In this document: piece after piece, positions 48,059-60,636 of the stretch
Layout: each line of letters opens with the position of its first letter
Position numbering within the stretch: the stretch's first letter is position 1
Source of the DNA: Tubulanus polymorphus
Taxonomy: Eukaryota > Animalia > Nemertea
Reading direction: 5' to 3'
Length of the DNA stretch: 64,000 nt
NCBI RefSeq assembly: GCF_964204645.1
Contig: NC_134031.1
Coordinates: forward strand, 9,362,001-9,426,000
The notes under the pieces: model-generated
Told to the model about the DNA's origin: nothing
What the model saw: the letters and a program-made list of their open reading frames with translations, nothing else
Database searches by the model: none
Translations under genes and position numbers: made by a program

Positions 48059-48181
48059 GGAGCCAGTTGCTCAAAAGTTGGTTAAAGATAACCACTGGAT
48101 AGATACCATAGAGACCTTTTAATTGTCACTATGTCAACTATCCACTGGTTAACTCAAACCAACCTTTGAGCAACTGGCTTC
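48059..48181. mobile_element. ~120-bp MITE; second copy inverted at ~55241-55368
   Basis: TIRs GCCAGTTGCTCAAAAGTTGG / CCAACCTTTGAGCAACTGGC. Confidence 0.7.
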
Positions 48182-48314
48182 AGCTCTGTGTAGAATATCA
48201 TAAATGGTGTAAAACAAGATTGCTGTAACACTATTGTATTACAATGTAGTTAATTTAATTTTTGGGCATTAAAGGTATGCCTGAAAATTATTAACTCTTA
48301 TTTCACTTTTATAG

Positions 48315-48510
48315 ATATCATATTGGAACAAGCACTTGTTGGTAAAACTCCGAATGCCTTGATGTTATCATATTTGAAGAATGCCATTAGTTCTCAAGTG
48401 ATAACATTCACATCGAGTTTACAAGGAATCATGAAATATGATGACGTAAATAAACCATACTGTGTTAAAAGTTTGATGGATCTTGTGGCGGACTATGTAA
48501 AACGAGCATG
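48315..48510 (+). CDS. MED24: Mediator subunit 24, second coding exon
   Basis: IILEQALVGKTPNALMLSYLKNAISSQVITF matches human LLEQAMIGPSPNPLILSYLKYAISSQMVSY. AG at 48313-48314, GT at 48511; phases are consistent. Confidence 0.92.
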
Positions 48511-48580
48511 GTAGGTTAGTCATTACTGATAATATACTGGTCATTTATTACTGTAATCATCACTATTATTGATTTTGTAG

Positions 48581-48804
48581 TCACTATGGAAATACTGAAG
48601 ATGCCATGAATTTATCGAAGACGCTCTTGCATTTTATCAAATGGTTGTTGTCTTGTTCCCACAAGTGTCTGCAGAAAATGAGTGATAATAAACATGCTCC
48701 AGAATTTACAGCTGTTATCGATAAAACATGTGAATTGCTGAAAAGCATGATTGAAAAACGTACAATACGTGCGATGCTACATATTGCAATCATGGATGAG
48801 TCAG
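48581..48804 (+). CDS. MED24: Mediator subunit 24, third coding exon
   Basis: Splices in frame to CHYGNTEDAMNLSKTLLHFIKWLL...RAMLHIAIMDES (human SCHGKAEECIGLCRALLSALHWLL...RALLHIAKLEE). 70-bp intron upstream; donor GTAATT at 48805. Confidence 0.9.
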
Positions 48805-49419
48805 GTAATTATGCCTGTGAGCTTTTCTTTATCAATTGATATATGTGAAATATTCTAAGCCCTCTTTGGAGCTCATCCCAGCAGGCGATTTCATTCACTT
48901 TTGTTCCATTTTTGTTCATTTTGTTCATTCGTCCATCCAAAGGAATCCAGTGATTCTATGGATTGTCTTGATCTTTGGTTTATACCCTCATCTTTGGCCC
49001 AAAAACTAGCCTAATCAGAGTCAAGGTGGCTTACTGGTGGCCATTGTTGTTTGCCAAAATCGGCACTTTTTAGGCCGAATCCAGATAATCGTGCCAGTGG
49101 TAAAAATGCCAGAGGAAAAATCATACCATAGGTTAAAATGCCAGAAGGAAATATGCGGATGACTAAGCAAATATGTGAATTTATTGATATTGTACATGTT
49201 ATTCTTATAGCCAGTACACTAGATTTGACATACCGAATGCACATTTTAGTCATATTTATAGATAATTGATATTAATAAGTTAATTAGAAATTTATTTCTG
49301 AAAAGTAAGACATAAGCAATTAAAGCATGAGTATATGATGAGATTGGAAATGATAGGTTGAGATTGGAAATGATAGGTTGGTTGAAAGTTTGGTTGATAG
49401 CATTAGATTAAAATTCTTG

Positions 49420-51460
49420 TTTTTAGCCCACTTGGGACTTAAGTCCCAGCGGGCTATTGCGTTCACTTGTCGTCTGTTCGTGTGTCTGTCCATAGACGGA
49501 ATCCAGTTATTTTGGGAAGTTTTGAAGACACTTCAAGGTAATGTCTTGATATTTGGTTTATACATGTATCTACCCTAGACACATCTTCAGCCCAAAAATT
49601 GGCTCTCTCAGATTCAAGATGGCCGACTGGCAGCCATTGTTGTTCGCCAAATTCAGCACTTTTTACACATTTTTGAAGTTTTCGAGGGAAATTTTGAAGA
49701 CGCCTTTATCAATAACCTTGATCTTTTAGATATATTTGTATCCCTTAAGGGCCCATCAGCATGAGAAAAATTAAGATGGCTGTCCTGTGACCTTTTTGTG
49801 CCCAAAAATGTCAATTTGGCCTGAATTCTGAGTTCTGTAACTTCCTAATGGTTTGCCATTTTTCATTGCAATTTGTGATGGGTATTCTTTGAAAAGAGAT
49901 CTTTTATACCTGAGACAGGTATTTTTTATCAGCCAATTATGATGCAATTGGGGGCCATCTTGGTGTCATCAGTATTCATTTATAGGTGGAACAAGAAAAT
50001 TAGTCCTAATAAATTATTTGACGCCTGCGAAAAAAATGTAGAATTTTGGGGATAAGCTAATGTGGAATTGCAAATTTGAAATGGAAGTTTTGAGAAATTT
50101 GGGGAATTATGAGATTTGGCGATTTGGTAGGTGATACGGAGGTCTTCTCGACCGAGTAGTGGTTTTCTATTGAGAATTGTCAATAATTGATAACTTGCGA
50201 CCGACTTCATTCACTTTTGCCTCTAAGCTGGTCTGTGCAACTCCATTGCCTCCATGGTTGAGGAAAAGGCTCCTTTGATGTCTGCGATCTACTTAGGAGC
50301 CGTGTGTGGCCTAGCCAGCCGGCTGGTTCAGGGTTAGCAGTTACTCGATATCATACTCTCTTAATGTCATTTAAAAAAAACTTGTTTATGTTATTCTGTA
50401 TGAATTACGCATGTGTTTTGTATGTTGTATTTTCTTATTTCAAAATTTGGGAATGTAACAAGGATCAATAAAGAATTGAATTGAATTGAATTATATTGCT
50501 AATCTCATGAAACCTGCATACCCCTAATATCGAACATATTTACTAAAACATTTCAATATTGAAAATATATGTGTACACATTTTTATATTGACGGCTTGTA
50601 GCCGCCGATGAAATTCACGTCGGCCCTACACAGATCGTAGATAGCTTCGTCATTCCACCAGCATTCCCATGGCAGGGTCTTTCTTTTATATCAGACTTCC
50701 AAATCGTGTGTACATCCGTCATTTTGACCGAATAATCCGATTTACTTATTTCGATTTTTGTCTGCCGCTTCTGATATAATCATACATCCATTTCTATTAC
50801 AATACGTCTTCTAATGATATTCAATGCAATATAACATTTCAGCGTTCAAATAGAGCTCATTATATAATCACAGAAAGACATGCTACAGCTTTGTCAATAA
50901 TATTTTGCTAAATAGATTGTATGTGTTCACATAGACCTGTGACGTTTTGCACATCGATTTAGGGTTGTCATTTGTAAAATAACGCTGAATGGTTAACATT
51001 GTTTAGGTTTCATAATGGTAACATTTTATAAGGCGTCAAAAAAGTACATTATATTGATACCTAAGCATATTTTGTTACATAATCAATTGGAAAGATGTAG
51101 CCCATAACTCGTTCTATGATTATGAGTTTCAAGGTCATAAGTTTTTGTACTTGGCCACCTGGGGGCATTGAACGATGCAATTACTTAGTATTTCTATGCT
51201 ATATTTGTACCCAAGCATATTTTGTACCACAATCAATTGAAAAGTTGTAGCTCATGACATTTTCAATGATTGTGGTGAGTTTCAAGATCATTAGTTATTC
51301 CATATATATCACCAGGGGGCGTTGAAAAGTAGAATAGCTTAATATTTCCTTATAACATTGGTACCTAGACATATTTTGTTTCCATGATCAATTGCAAAGT
51401 TGTAGCTCATAACGTGTTCTATGAATTAAGTGAGTTTGGTGGTCATTGGGCTTTGCATAT
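49420..51460 (+). mobile_element. HINE/Helentron-type element copy with internal insertions (including a retroelement 3' end with a (GAATT)n tail near 50465-50492)
   Basis: Same 5' end and internal units as the copies at 32488 and 46838. Confidence 0.7.
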
Positions 51461-51853
51461 TAGACTTTAGGCTAGTCCTGACCAAATCCTACCCATGATA
51501 TAATGGCACCAGTTATAGTAACATCACTGTAAGGCCGACGAGAGGGAAAAAGTTGTGTTTGTAGTACATAGGCATGGTAGGTTTATCGCACTCACTTAAT
51601 ACTTAAAACGCTGTTGTTACCTGTATGTGACTTACGGTGATTTCTACAGGATAGCCGTATGTGAGTACGTTGACGCTCAGACTTGCAATATTGGGATTCG
51701 AAACCAAACGAAAAAAAAATCCAGTAGTAGTCCAGTGATTTACCCACTGTGCCACAGAACGTAACTGCAGGGTGGATGAAATTTGATTTACAAATAGCCT
51801 AGCCTCACCTAACCCAAACTCTATTCTTTCACGTATGCGCGTTTGCAGATTAT

Positions 51854-52067
51854 AGGAACTCACGTACGGCGTTTGTAGGGAACTCATGTACGGTAAACCT
51901 GTGGATATCACCGTACAGTCACGTACGGGTAACAATTTCATACTTAAAATGGTATTGGCTACTAGGAACTCACGTACGGTGTTAGTAGGGAAACGGTTAA
52001 CCTGTGGAGATCACCGTACAGTCACGTACGGGTAACAACTTCATACTTAAAATGGTGTTGGCTACTA
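51854..52067 (+). repeat. Two-copy ~110-bp tandem repeat
   Basis: GGAACTCACGTACGG...CATACTTAAAATGGT.TTGGCTACTA occurs twice. Confidence 0.75.
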
Positions 52068-53482
52068 TGTAACAGGCCTATAGACAAATAAATACCAGTA
52101 GGCTTTCTTAGGTTGCACACTTCACAACCGAACCAACTGACCAACTAGTATATTTTAGTCCCAGTACGTACCAACCGGCACAGGCCTAACACTGTTTGTC
52201 AACTGTGTGTTCCGTAGTAGGCTATCGATAATCACCTGATACTTTTCTGTCGTTTGTTTTCTCTCTGAGACGAACGTTATTCTAGTAGCCACCCGCGACT
52301 TAACGACCTTGATTTAAACTTGATCAATTCAAAATTTATTTATTGACGCTTTTGGTTTTCGCATTAAATGCGAAAAATGGATGTTGAAATCGATTTTTTA
52401 AAATTTATGCCCCCTAGTGGATAAAATTGGAACTAATCATATGAGGGGTTCGTTTCGTTTAGTAACCAGGTACATGTGTATCAATTTTTATAGAAATCCA
52501 TTGATACCCTTAGTCGATATAGATGAAAATGCGTATTCCAGCGTCTTATAGGTGGCGCTACTGGCGAACCATATGAGCTACATAGTTATACCATACTTCA
52601 ATACAAGCGTCTTCGCAAGGGCTACTGGTCACTCGTTGCAACCACAATTCTATCTCCACCGGTTAAGGAGCTAGGAGCAAAAATCTCTTTGAAAAATTTG
52701 GGGGGCCATTTTCGAGCCTGAAGAGCCCAAACGGTTAATCGCTGATAAGGCGTGCCAATGACTTTTTTAGCGTCCAGGCTGTTATGAACAACTTTCGTGC
52801 TCGGCCGAAGCTGAAAACTCAAAGACAAACATTTTTCTCACACAGTAACTTTTCGATGTCAGAATTTTCAAAAGCAAAACGCCCCCTGGTGGGTGAACGG
52901 GGTCCCCAATCAAAGATCCCTTCGACTTACCTCAAGGTACCTGTGATCCGTACATCTCACAAAAGTTTCAAGTAAATCCGTCAAGGAATATTGTAATGCT
53001 AACAGAATATAGCCATCCAGGCTCTCGTGTATAAATACCGTAGCTGCATTCATTAGCTCTATCCAGGGAAGTTACTGCAAGGATGCTATTGCTTGTATAT
53101 GTGGCACAAAAATTCCTCAGTTGCGTTCACTCGAGACTGACCCCATTCAGTGCGCCACAAATATATATAGATACTAAAAAACTACAGATCTAGTACACCA
53201 GCTCTATCACTGCTTATAGGGACACTGACGCGCTGTGGGAATGACACGTAGGCAATACACATACGTAGATGGTTACTGTTTGAATCGGGCTTAAATTTCG
53301 ATGTTTAGAGGCTCACAATGAGTAAACAATGCAATTCTGATTAATATCATGTACATTATTTGTCAATGCAGCGTAGTACTTGTGATACCGAATGGTTTCA
53401 CCGACAGTGAAAGTAATTTGCAGTTGTTTATATCCTTTCAGTAAGATCCAGTGTGAAAAAGAATATAATAATAATAGTAATG

Positions 53483-53516
<34 letters not shown>

Positions 53517-53517
<1 letters not shown>

Positions 53518-55140
53518 CAGCAGGAATACAATAGGGTTTCTGCGAAGGCAGCAGAAACCCTAATAATAATAATAACAATCAGCAGGAATACAATAGGGTT
53601 TCTGCGAAGGCAGCAGAAACCCTAAATATAGCTGCAAGCAGCGATAACGGGTTTCTGCCTTTCTAGATAGAATGTCGTTCAGGGATGCGAGCAAAGATTT
53701 CACCCGAAATCAGTTTGTTACATTCATTTTTTTTGAAAGAGTGCCACCTAGGGGTCAACTCACAACATGGATATGTTGACCCACATGTGCTACTATGCCC
53801 AAAGTACTAATGTGCCAGGTTTTCGGGGAATAACAGTGACAGTTTAAGTGCATATTCGGTTATTATTAGTTCCGAAAAAAAGTCGACTAGATAAGAAAAC
53901 CGAATTTGGCCCAAAGCACAAATTTGGCCTATAGGGTAAACTATGTAGGAGGGAAGGCCTTAGGCTATAGTGTTACTATTAGTAGAGGAGTGACAAGTCA
54001 GTCTGATTAGTCAAGCGATAAGATGGGGACTACAATTCACATATGAAATTGACGTCCAATAACCATTATAAAAACAATCACGAACGGTACCATCACTCCC
54101 CATTACTGACTGTCACTGGTCTCTGGCTAGCAATCATTCTTTATCGGTGCAGTGGGTAGGTATTTTCAACTCACTTTGTTCTTCTATGACATTACCATCG
54201 CCGCTGCGTCACGATGTGATGTACATGTACAAGGGACCTCCAATTTGTAATGTATGTGATGTATGAACTGACTTTAGACTGTTTAATATCGGCGATAACA
54301 AGGTATCACCGACGCTGATATTTTCTGACGCTAACTAGTATGACCCGGACCAATTCAATTCAATTAAGAAAACGCGTACCGGTACAGTAAATAAATAAAC
54401 CGCTGTTGATTTTTCGAAGTATTGATATCCACAAAGCTATACTATTATAGAATGTTTAAAAGGAACTGCTTTTAATAACAGCATGAATAAACTTACTTCA
54501 CAAACAAGGAAGTACATTTTTAAGTTGTGAATGGTCGAACCCCAGTTATTCACATTAACCTGTGATTTGGATATTCTCGATTCTCGGAGCATTCCTTCTT
54601 TATTTATTTATGAAATGACGTCACAAACTTTCAGATTCGCGCCAGTATGCGCGCCATGATTGATGATTGCTATTTCCACCGGTGTAATCTTTAAGTAACT
54701 TCAAGTTTAAAATAGGAAGCACAGAACATCCATAGAAACTACGTGCAGAAAGAGACTGTTATATTATTATCAGAGTTTAACATTTCGTTTCAAAGTTGTT
54801 AGTAGTCAAATCTAATAGAAGATGATTTTTATGTGACGAAACTCAGTGGAAAATATGTTAAAATAATAATCAGCAGGAATCCAATAGGGTTTCTGCCGTG
54901 GTAGCGGAAACCCTAATAATAATCACGTGAATCTCAATAGGGTTTTCTGTGAAGAAACAGAAAACCCTAATAATGGCCTAACAGTCGATTTTCCAGAGTC
55001 AAATAGGACCATCTGGTCCAGTTATCCTTGGTTTCGAGTAGGTGACTGTTTGTCAATCTACATCTTATAAAACTGTGTTAACTGTAGAACAGGATTCTAA
55101 GACTGTGCAGAAAACCTGTTATCGCTGCTTTGCAGCTATA
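53517..55140. mobile_element. Helentron-type termini cluster
   Basis: AATAGGGTTTCTGC...GCAGAAACCCTAA hairpins; TATAGCTGCAAGCAGCGATAACGGGTTTCTGC at 53627 and its inverted form at ~55107-55140; (AAT)n microsatellite upstream. Confidence 0.6.
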
Positions 55141-57426
55141 TTGAAGTAATTGTAATTTTATCATGAATAATCATCTAAACTATAAATGCAGAAGATGATG
55201 CACTGTGTTCCCTTCATATACATTCCCTGCAAAGCATCCTGGGGCCATTTGCTCAAAGGTTGGTTTGAGTTAACCAGTGGATAGTTGACAAAGTGACAAT
55301 TAAAAGTTCATTGTTTCTATGGTATCTATCCACTGGTTATCTTAACCCAACTTTTGAGCAACTGGCTCCTAGCCAGTAACTTAAGCTTGCTGATATAACC
55401 ACCCGAAATTCAGCTTGACCTACTACCACCAGCCGTTGGCGCCACGGTAAGCACGCTCATATAATTCTTGGCGCGTTTATGTCATTTATGTCGACGGACT
55501 CATCCGCATGTGGTTTTCGACGAATCAGGAAGTAGAAGTTTTTCTGCGTTGGATAACATTTGGATTGCGGGGATTGGCCCAGCGTTGTTCCACTACGGTG
55601 AGATTTTCTTTGCCGAGAATCCTTTCCATTATTCAATTCTATTCATCCTACCGTTCCGGTTCAGAGTTTCTTGTGTCGGGTTGTTCCTTCATTTCGCCTA
55701 TGTTCGGGTCCACTGGGACACTGGGCGATTCAGTCAACTGTCTGAATCGGAGGTAGCCAGCGAACCTATCTAGAATTTTCAAATTGCCCTTCAATGTCAC
55801 TGTCAAAAAATTTGGGTAAACATTTTTCGAAATAAAGATAAAATTTGCATGTTTTTTAGAAAATGAAAATCCATTCTGAAATTATTAATTCAAGTACCTT
55901 GGCACTTCATATCTAAGATCTGTCCTCTTTCAATAGGAAAATGCCCCTGTTCACAGTGAAAAAGGGTAATTTTAAAAATAGAACTGCCGCTCAAAATATC
56001 TCGACCATGACACACCAAGTGATTTTAACAATGATTTTGTTGAATCGCCTAGTATAGTGTCCTTCAATGCGTGCACCAGTCAATTCCAAAGGCTTTGAAA
56101 AACCATGTGGTTCACAGGAGTTTTTGCTAGGTGCCCTTTCTTCAATTATAAAACTAAATTAGATATATTATTGTCATGATCAATCACCATGTAACTATCA
56201 AAAAGATATTTTCTTCCTATGTCTCTGTACAAAGCTACTTCTATAAGTCGCAATGGATACATTTTCTGATGACAAGCATTTCAACTTGAAAAGGCTATTT
56301 TGATGTTTTATCCTGGTGATACTCCGGGATAGGGCTTATCCCCGCTTTGCAAAACGCAGCCCATTGGTATAAATCAAAATGAACACGGAATAAAATAATA
56401 TAAACAAGGGAATGAACGGAATGAACCTACAAGTAGAAACTAATGGTCTCTGTGCTTTAGAGACTACTGAAAATAGTCATGATAATGAGGAAAATAATGC
56501 AGATGGTGGTAATGAGGAGATACCTCAAAGAGATGAGATATACCCTAAGGGCACTGTAGATGCAAATATAACCCGCAAATGGAAGATGATGATTTTCATC
56601 CCATGATAAATTATTGATTGAAGAATTACCAATTATTGATGGATATGCTCAAAAGATCATTACATCTAGCCCAGATTACTATCTGGATGAAAATGGTGCA
56701 TCATTTATGGGCAAATGGGGTGAACGTTTTCATCAATTTCCCCGGGAAAAATAAAAGAAATCAATGCCAACAAAGGTCACACTGCTGCGCTCAGCGCACG
56801 CTAAATAAACAAACCAACAGCTTCAATTTTATGGTCAGTTCACGTAGTGAATGACCACTTTGTTATCCTGTTCAAATGACTTCATGTTGTAATGTAAAAT
56901 TGCGGTACGTTTTTTTATTTGAGCATTTGTTTCATTGGTTCTTGGTCGATGACATGGTCAACTGAGTTAAAATTCTACAAAAAACTGTTTTTGGCGGGAA
57001 AATTCTTAGCTCTCGATTGGGGGGCGTCGTCTCTATGAGCGAATGGGATTGGCTGTTTTTGGGATATACGGGGAATTCTGGCGCTACTAAAATAATTATG
57101 GGAAAGCCATAGAATGGCGTACGTTTCATTGGACTAGGTGCCGTATACGTGCGAATTTTAAATGCTCATTGCAGGTGAGGATGTAATTATTTCACACATC
57201 CGCCATAGGTTTTGTATCATTTTAATACCCGGTGATTGTTTTGATTGACATTGAAGTGCAAGCGAACATTCACTTACACGAGGCCTCCACCTGTGCGCGC
57301 AGAGTGCTACACGACACACACACAAGCTCGTACAGTACACTACTTAAGGTGATGCTGTAACGCGTGCGCGTTTGACATAAAAATAGGCTGAATAATCGTA
57401 GCAGAAGATGAGCGCTGTGTTTTCTG

Positions 57427-58071
57427 TTTGATAATATTCAGCCACCCTCTAATATGTGACATCATATTGAATTTTAGGCCATCCCATATTAATGGTCTGT
57501 TTGCCGTAACCCGACCGACCCGACTTCAAAAGTACCGAGTGAAAACTTTTTTCTGGGATTCATTGAAATAAATTTTATTTCGTATGAGCTACGTATTATA
57601 TATGTTTGAATTCAAGTGTGCATCGTCTGAAAACATGCCTTGTCAATGTGGCCTAATTTAAGTTTTCCAGGAAACTGGCAGTGTTCCAATAAGCTGCCAT
57701 TCATTCTCATAGTGACTATCAAAGCTGGTAACGTAAAACCGCACACACCCTTTGATAATATTCAGCCACCCTCTAATATGTGACATCATATTGAATTTTA
57801 GGCCATCCCATATTAATGGTCTGTTTGCCGTAACCCGACCGACCCGACTTCAAAAGTACCGAGTGAAAACTTTTTTCTGGGATTCATTGAAATAAATTTT
57901 ATTTCGTATGAGCTACGTATTATATATGTTTGAATTCAAGTGTGCATCGTCTGAAAACATGCCTTGTCAATGTGGCCTAATTTAAGTTTTCCAGGAAACT
58001 GGCAGTGTTCCAATAAGCTGCCATTCATTCTCATAGTGACTATCAAAGCTGGTAACGTAAAACCGCACACA
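57427..58071 (+). repeat. Apparently perfect ~320-bp tandem duplication
   Basis: TTTGATAATATTCAGCCACC...AAAACCGCACACA occurs twice in a row. Confidence 0.9.
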
Positions 58072-60636
58072 TATTCAATGTACTGTTTCATTTTTAACAC
58101 AGAAATGACGCTCTGGACGAAGTTATAATTTTCGAATAATTCTCGAAATCTACGCTATTAGACAAATTTCCCGTACACAACGTAGATGATTTTTGCGATA
58201 TTGTTTCCATGTAAAAAGGTGATATTGTTTGTTTTTTTTTGCCCAAAAATTTTTTCTTACCTACCGACTCATCCTGAAAATTTGAGTCGGTGTTACTGAC
58301 AATTATATTTGGAAAATATAAAATAATTTTCCTGCCACGCCTACCGGCACCCTACAAACTTTTGGACGTGGACCGTAACCAAATGTATATCTTTGGTCTT
58401 ATTTGACTGCAAAATAATTCTTAAAGAAAGATAAAATACAATATAAACTTGTGGAACTTTGAAGTCACGAATTAAAAAGATTTTTCAAGCAATGCCCTTA
58501 CTCCAAACAACCTCTAGCTTTCAAGGTAAACCACACTTTGCCCATGGGCAATTTATTTGGGAATGCCAGCGCTTTTGACGTAACTATGGGAAACTACGCT
58601 ATGATTGGTTGTTACTAGTCACAGTGCTGAAGTGATAAGTTCGAAAAATTAAGTCGCTTATATACGGTAATCGCTTTCGAGAAGGCATTTTTCTTTAATT
58701 CTGACATGGATTTCATTAAACTTTGCCGCTGATGTATGAGAGTGCTGTTCAGACTATCATCACTGAATGCTGACTGCGTGCATACAAATGTACTATACAT
58801 AGATAGCACACACGAGGTGCTTGCGCTGACACATGCGATTGTATTATCTTGCCGCTGTGAGTTGATGAAATAAACAAGATAATGTAAGAATAACATCATC
58901 GGGAAGTGATTTTGATTTTTAGGCCAGCCATACACTGAGCCTATTTCTATACAAATGGAGCGAATTAGATTGACCAGATGGTTTCCAGATGAAAGGCTTT
59001 TTCACTGTGCAACTTGAGATTAAAAACTTTATCATCATAACTTATCGAGCTCACCAAAATATTTTGGAAATCGAAATTGATGAATGCTTCCTAAGCTTTA
59101 ATGATAAAATTGAAATTTATTAATAGATATGAGCACATGGAACTATTAACGTAAGCCTACCGATATGCGGCAGAAAAGTGCCTCGAGCAAACTGACGATC
59201 GCTGCTAGATAAAAATTACCGAATTTAAACTAGTTTATTACGGTCCCAAAATGGTGGGAAAACGCATCTGAGCACCTAGAAATATAAAATTTTTCCAGGG
59301 GTGTGTCCCCTGGGCCCGTTCGTCAAATGGCCTCGCGCACTCGGCGCTCATCTACTATGCTCCGCCATGCTTGAATTTCGACCCAGCAAGACAGACATAA
59401 TTTGGGAAAGTATCAGTAGAATATTGGGTTAAAAGTTGTGAAGATTGTGCTACGAGGAATAAAAACCTCCAAATTAAGTTAAAGGGCCATTGATTCCCAT
59501 CAAAGTAGGTGGACCTATTGATAGAATAGCTATGGATCAAGGCCCTTTAAGAATCATATGAAGGGTACCAGTATTAGTTTGTAGGACTACTGAATATTCA
59601 ACCGGATGGACACACACACATTTGCGTTAAAAGAAATCGATGTTAGAGTCATATTTGATAAAATAGTTTGCGTACATTCGTGTTTTAAAACATAGTTGCA
59701 AAATCATTACTTGAATTATGCAAATTATCCAATGCGACTTAAGTCAGGATATCTGCGTATCATCCCCAAGTAGATGGACTAGGTGAGCGAAGGAACAAAA
59801 ATATTTGCAATAGTCTGTGTCAATATACGGATACGCATCAAAGAGATTGGCCAGATTTACTTCCTAGAATTACGTTCGCTCTAATGCCTCTATTTGTGAA
59901 TCTACTGGGTATTCACCATTTGAATTGATTTATAGTAGGAAATCAGTTTTACTGATCGATATGACCTTGCTCTCTTCTACATCTGATTTAATGGGTTCTT
60001 TTAAAGAATATTATGATCATGTAGTCGGCAAAATAAAGGTCATTCACGAGATAGCCAGGCAGAATATTAAAAAAAGCGTAAGCGCAAATGAAAGGCTATT
60101 ATGATTGGGGTAGTAAGGAACCTGATTTTTAAGTCGGTCAATTATTTTGGCTTTAAAGTCTTCCCTTACCGAAAGAGCGTTGTGAGAAATTTTTGCACCA
60201 CTGTTTAGGAGCTTATAAGACATTACAGCAGACTTCGCCGGTGAATTATAAACTCGTTCATATGAGAAAGATCAATGATTTTCCCAAAAATATTTCATTG
60301 CAATCAAATTAAATTGTATGTTGACCCACGGGACGGGTCCGTTGCTTTGTCATCAGATAAGAACGAATTTTTACATCATCCCAGGATGGATAAAAGGAAT
60401 CAGTCTGATTCGATGATTCGATGAAGATATTTATACGGTAGAAAAGATTTTAAAATCGCGCTTTAATAAGGGGGGAAATGAAAAATTTTTAGTAAAATGG
60501 AAGGATTATGGCATGAAAGATTGCACTCGGTAGTTCGAAGATAGTTTCATTGATAAAATGCCCTTGGAGATATATGAAGTAACATGATTTTCCATTGATG
60601 AAAGTTAAACTCACAATGTGTCCTGTACTTTTTCAG

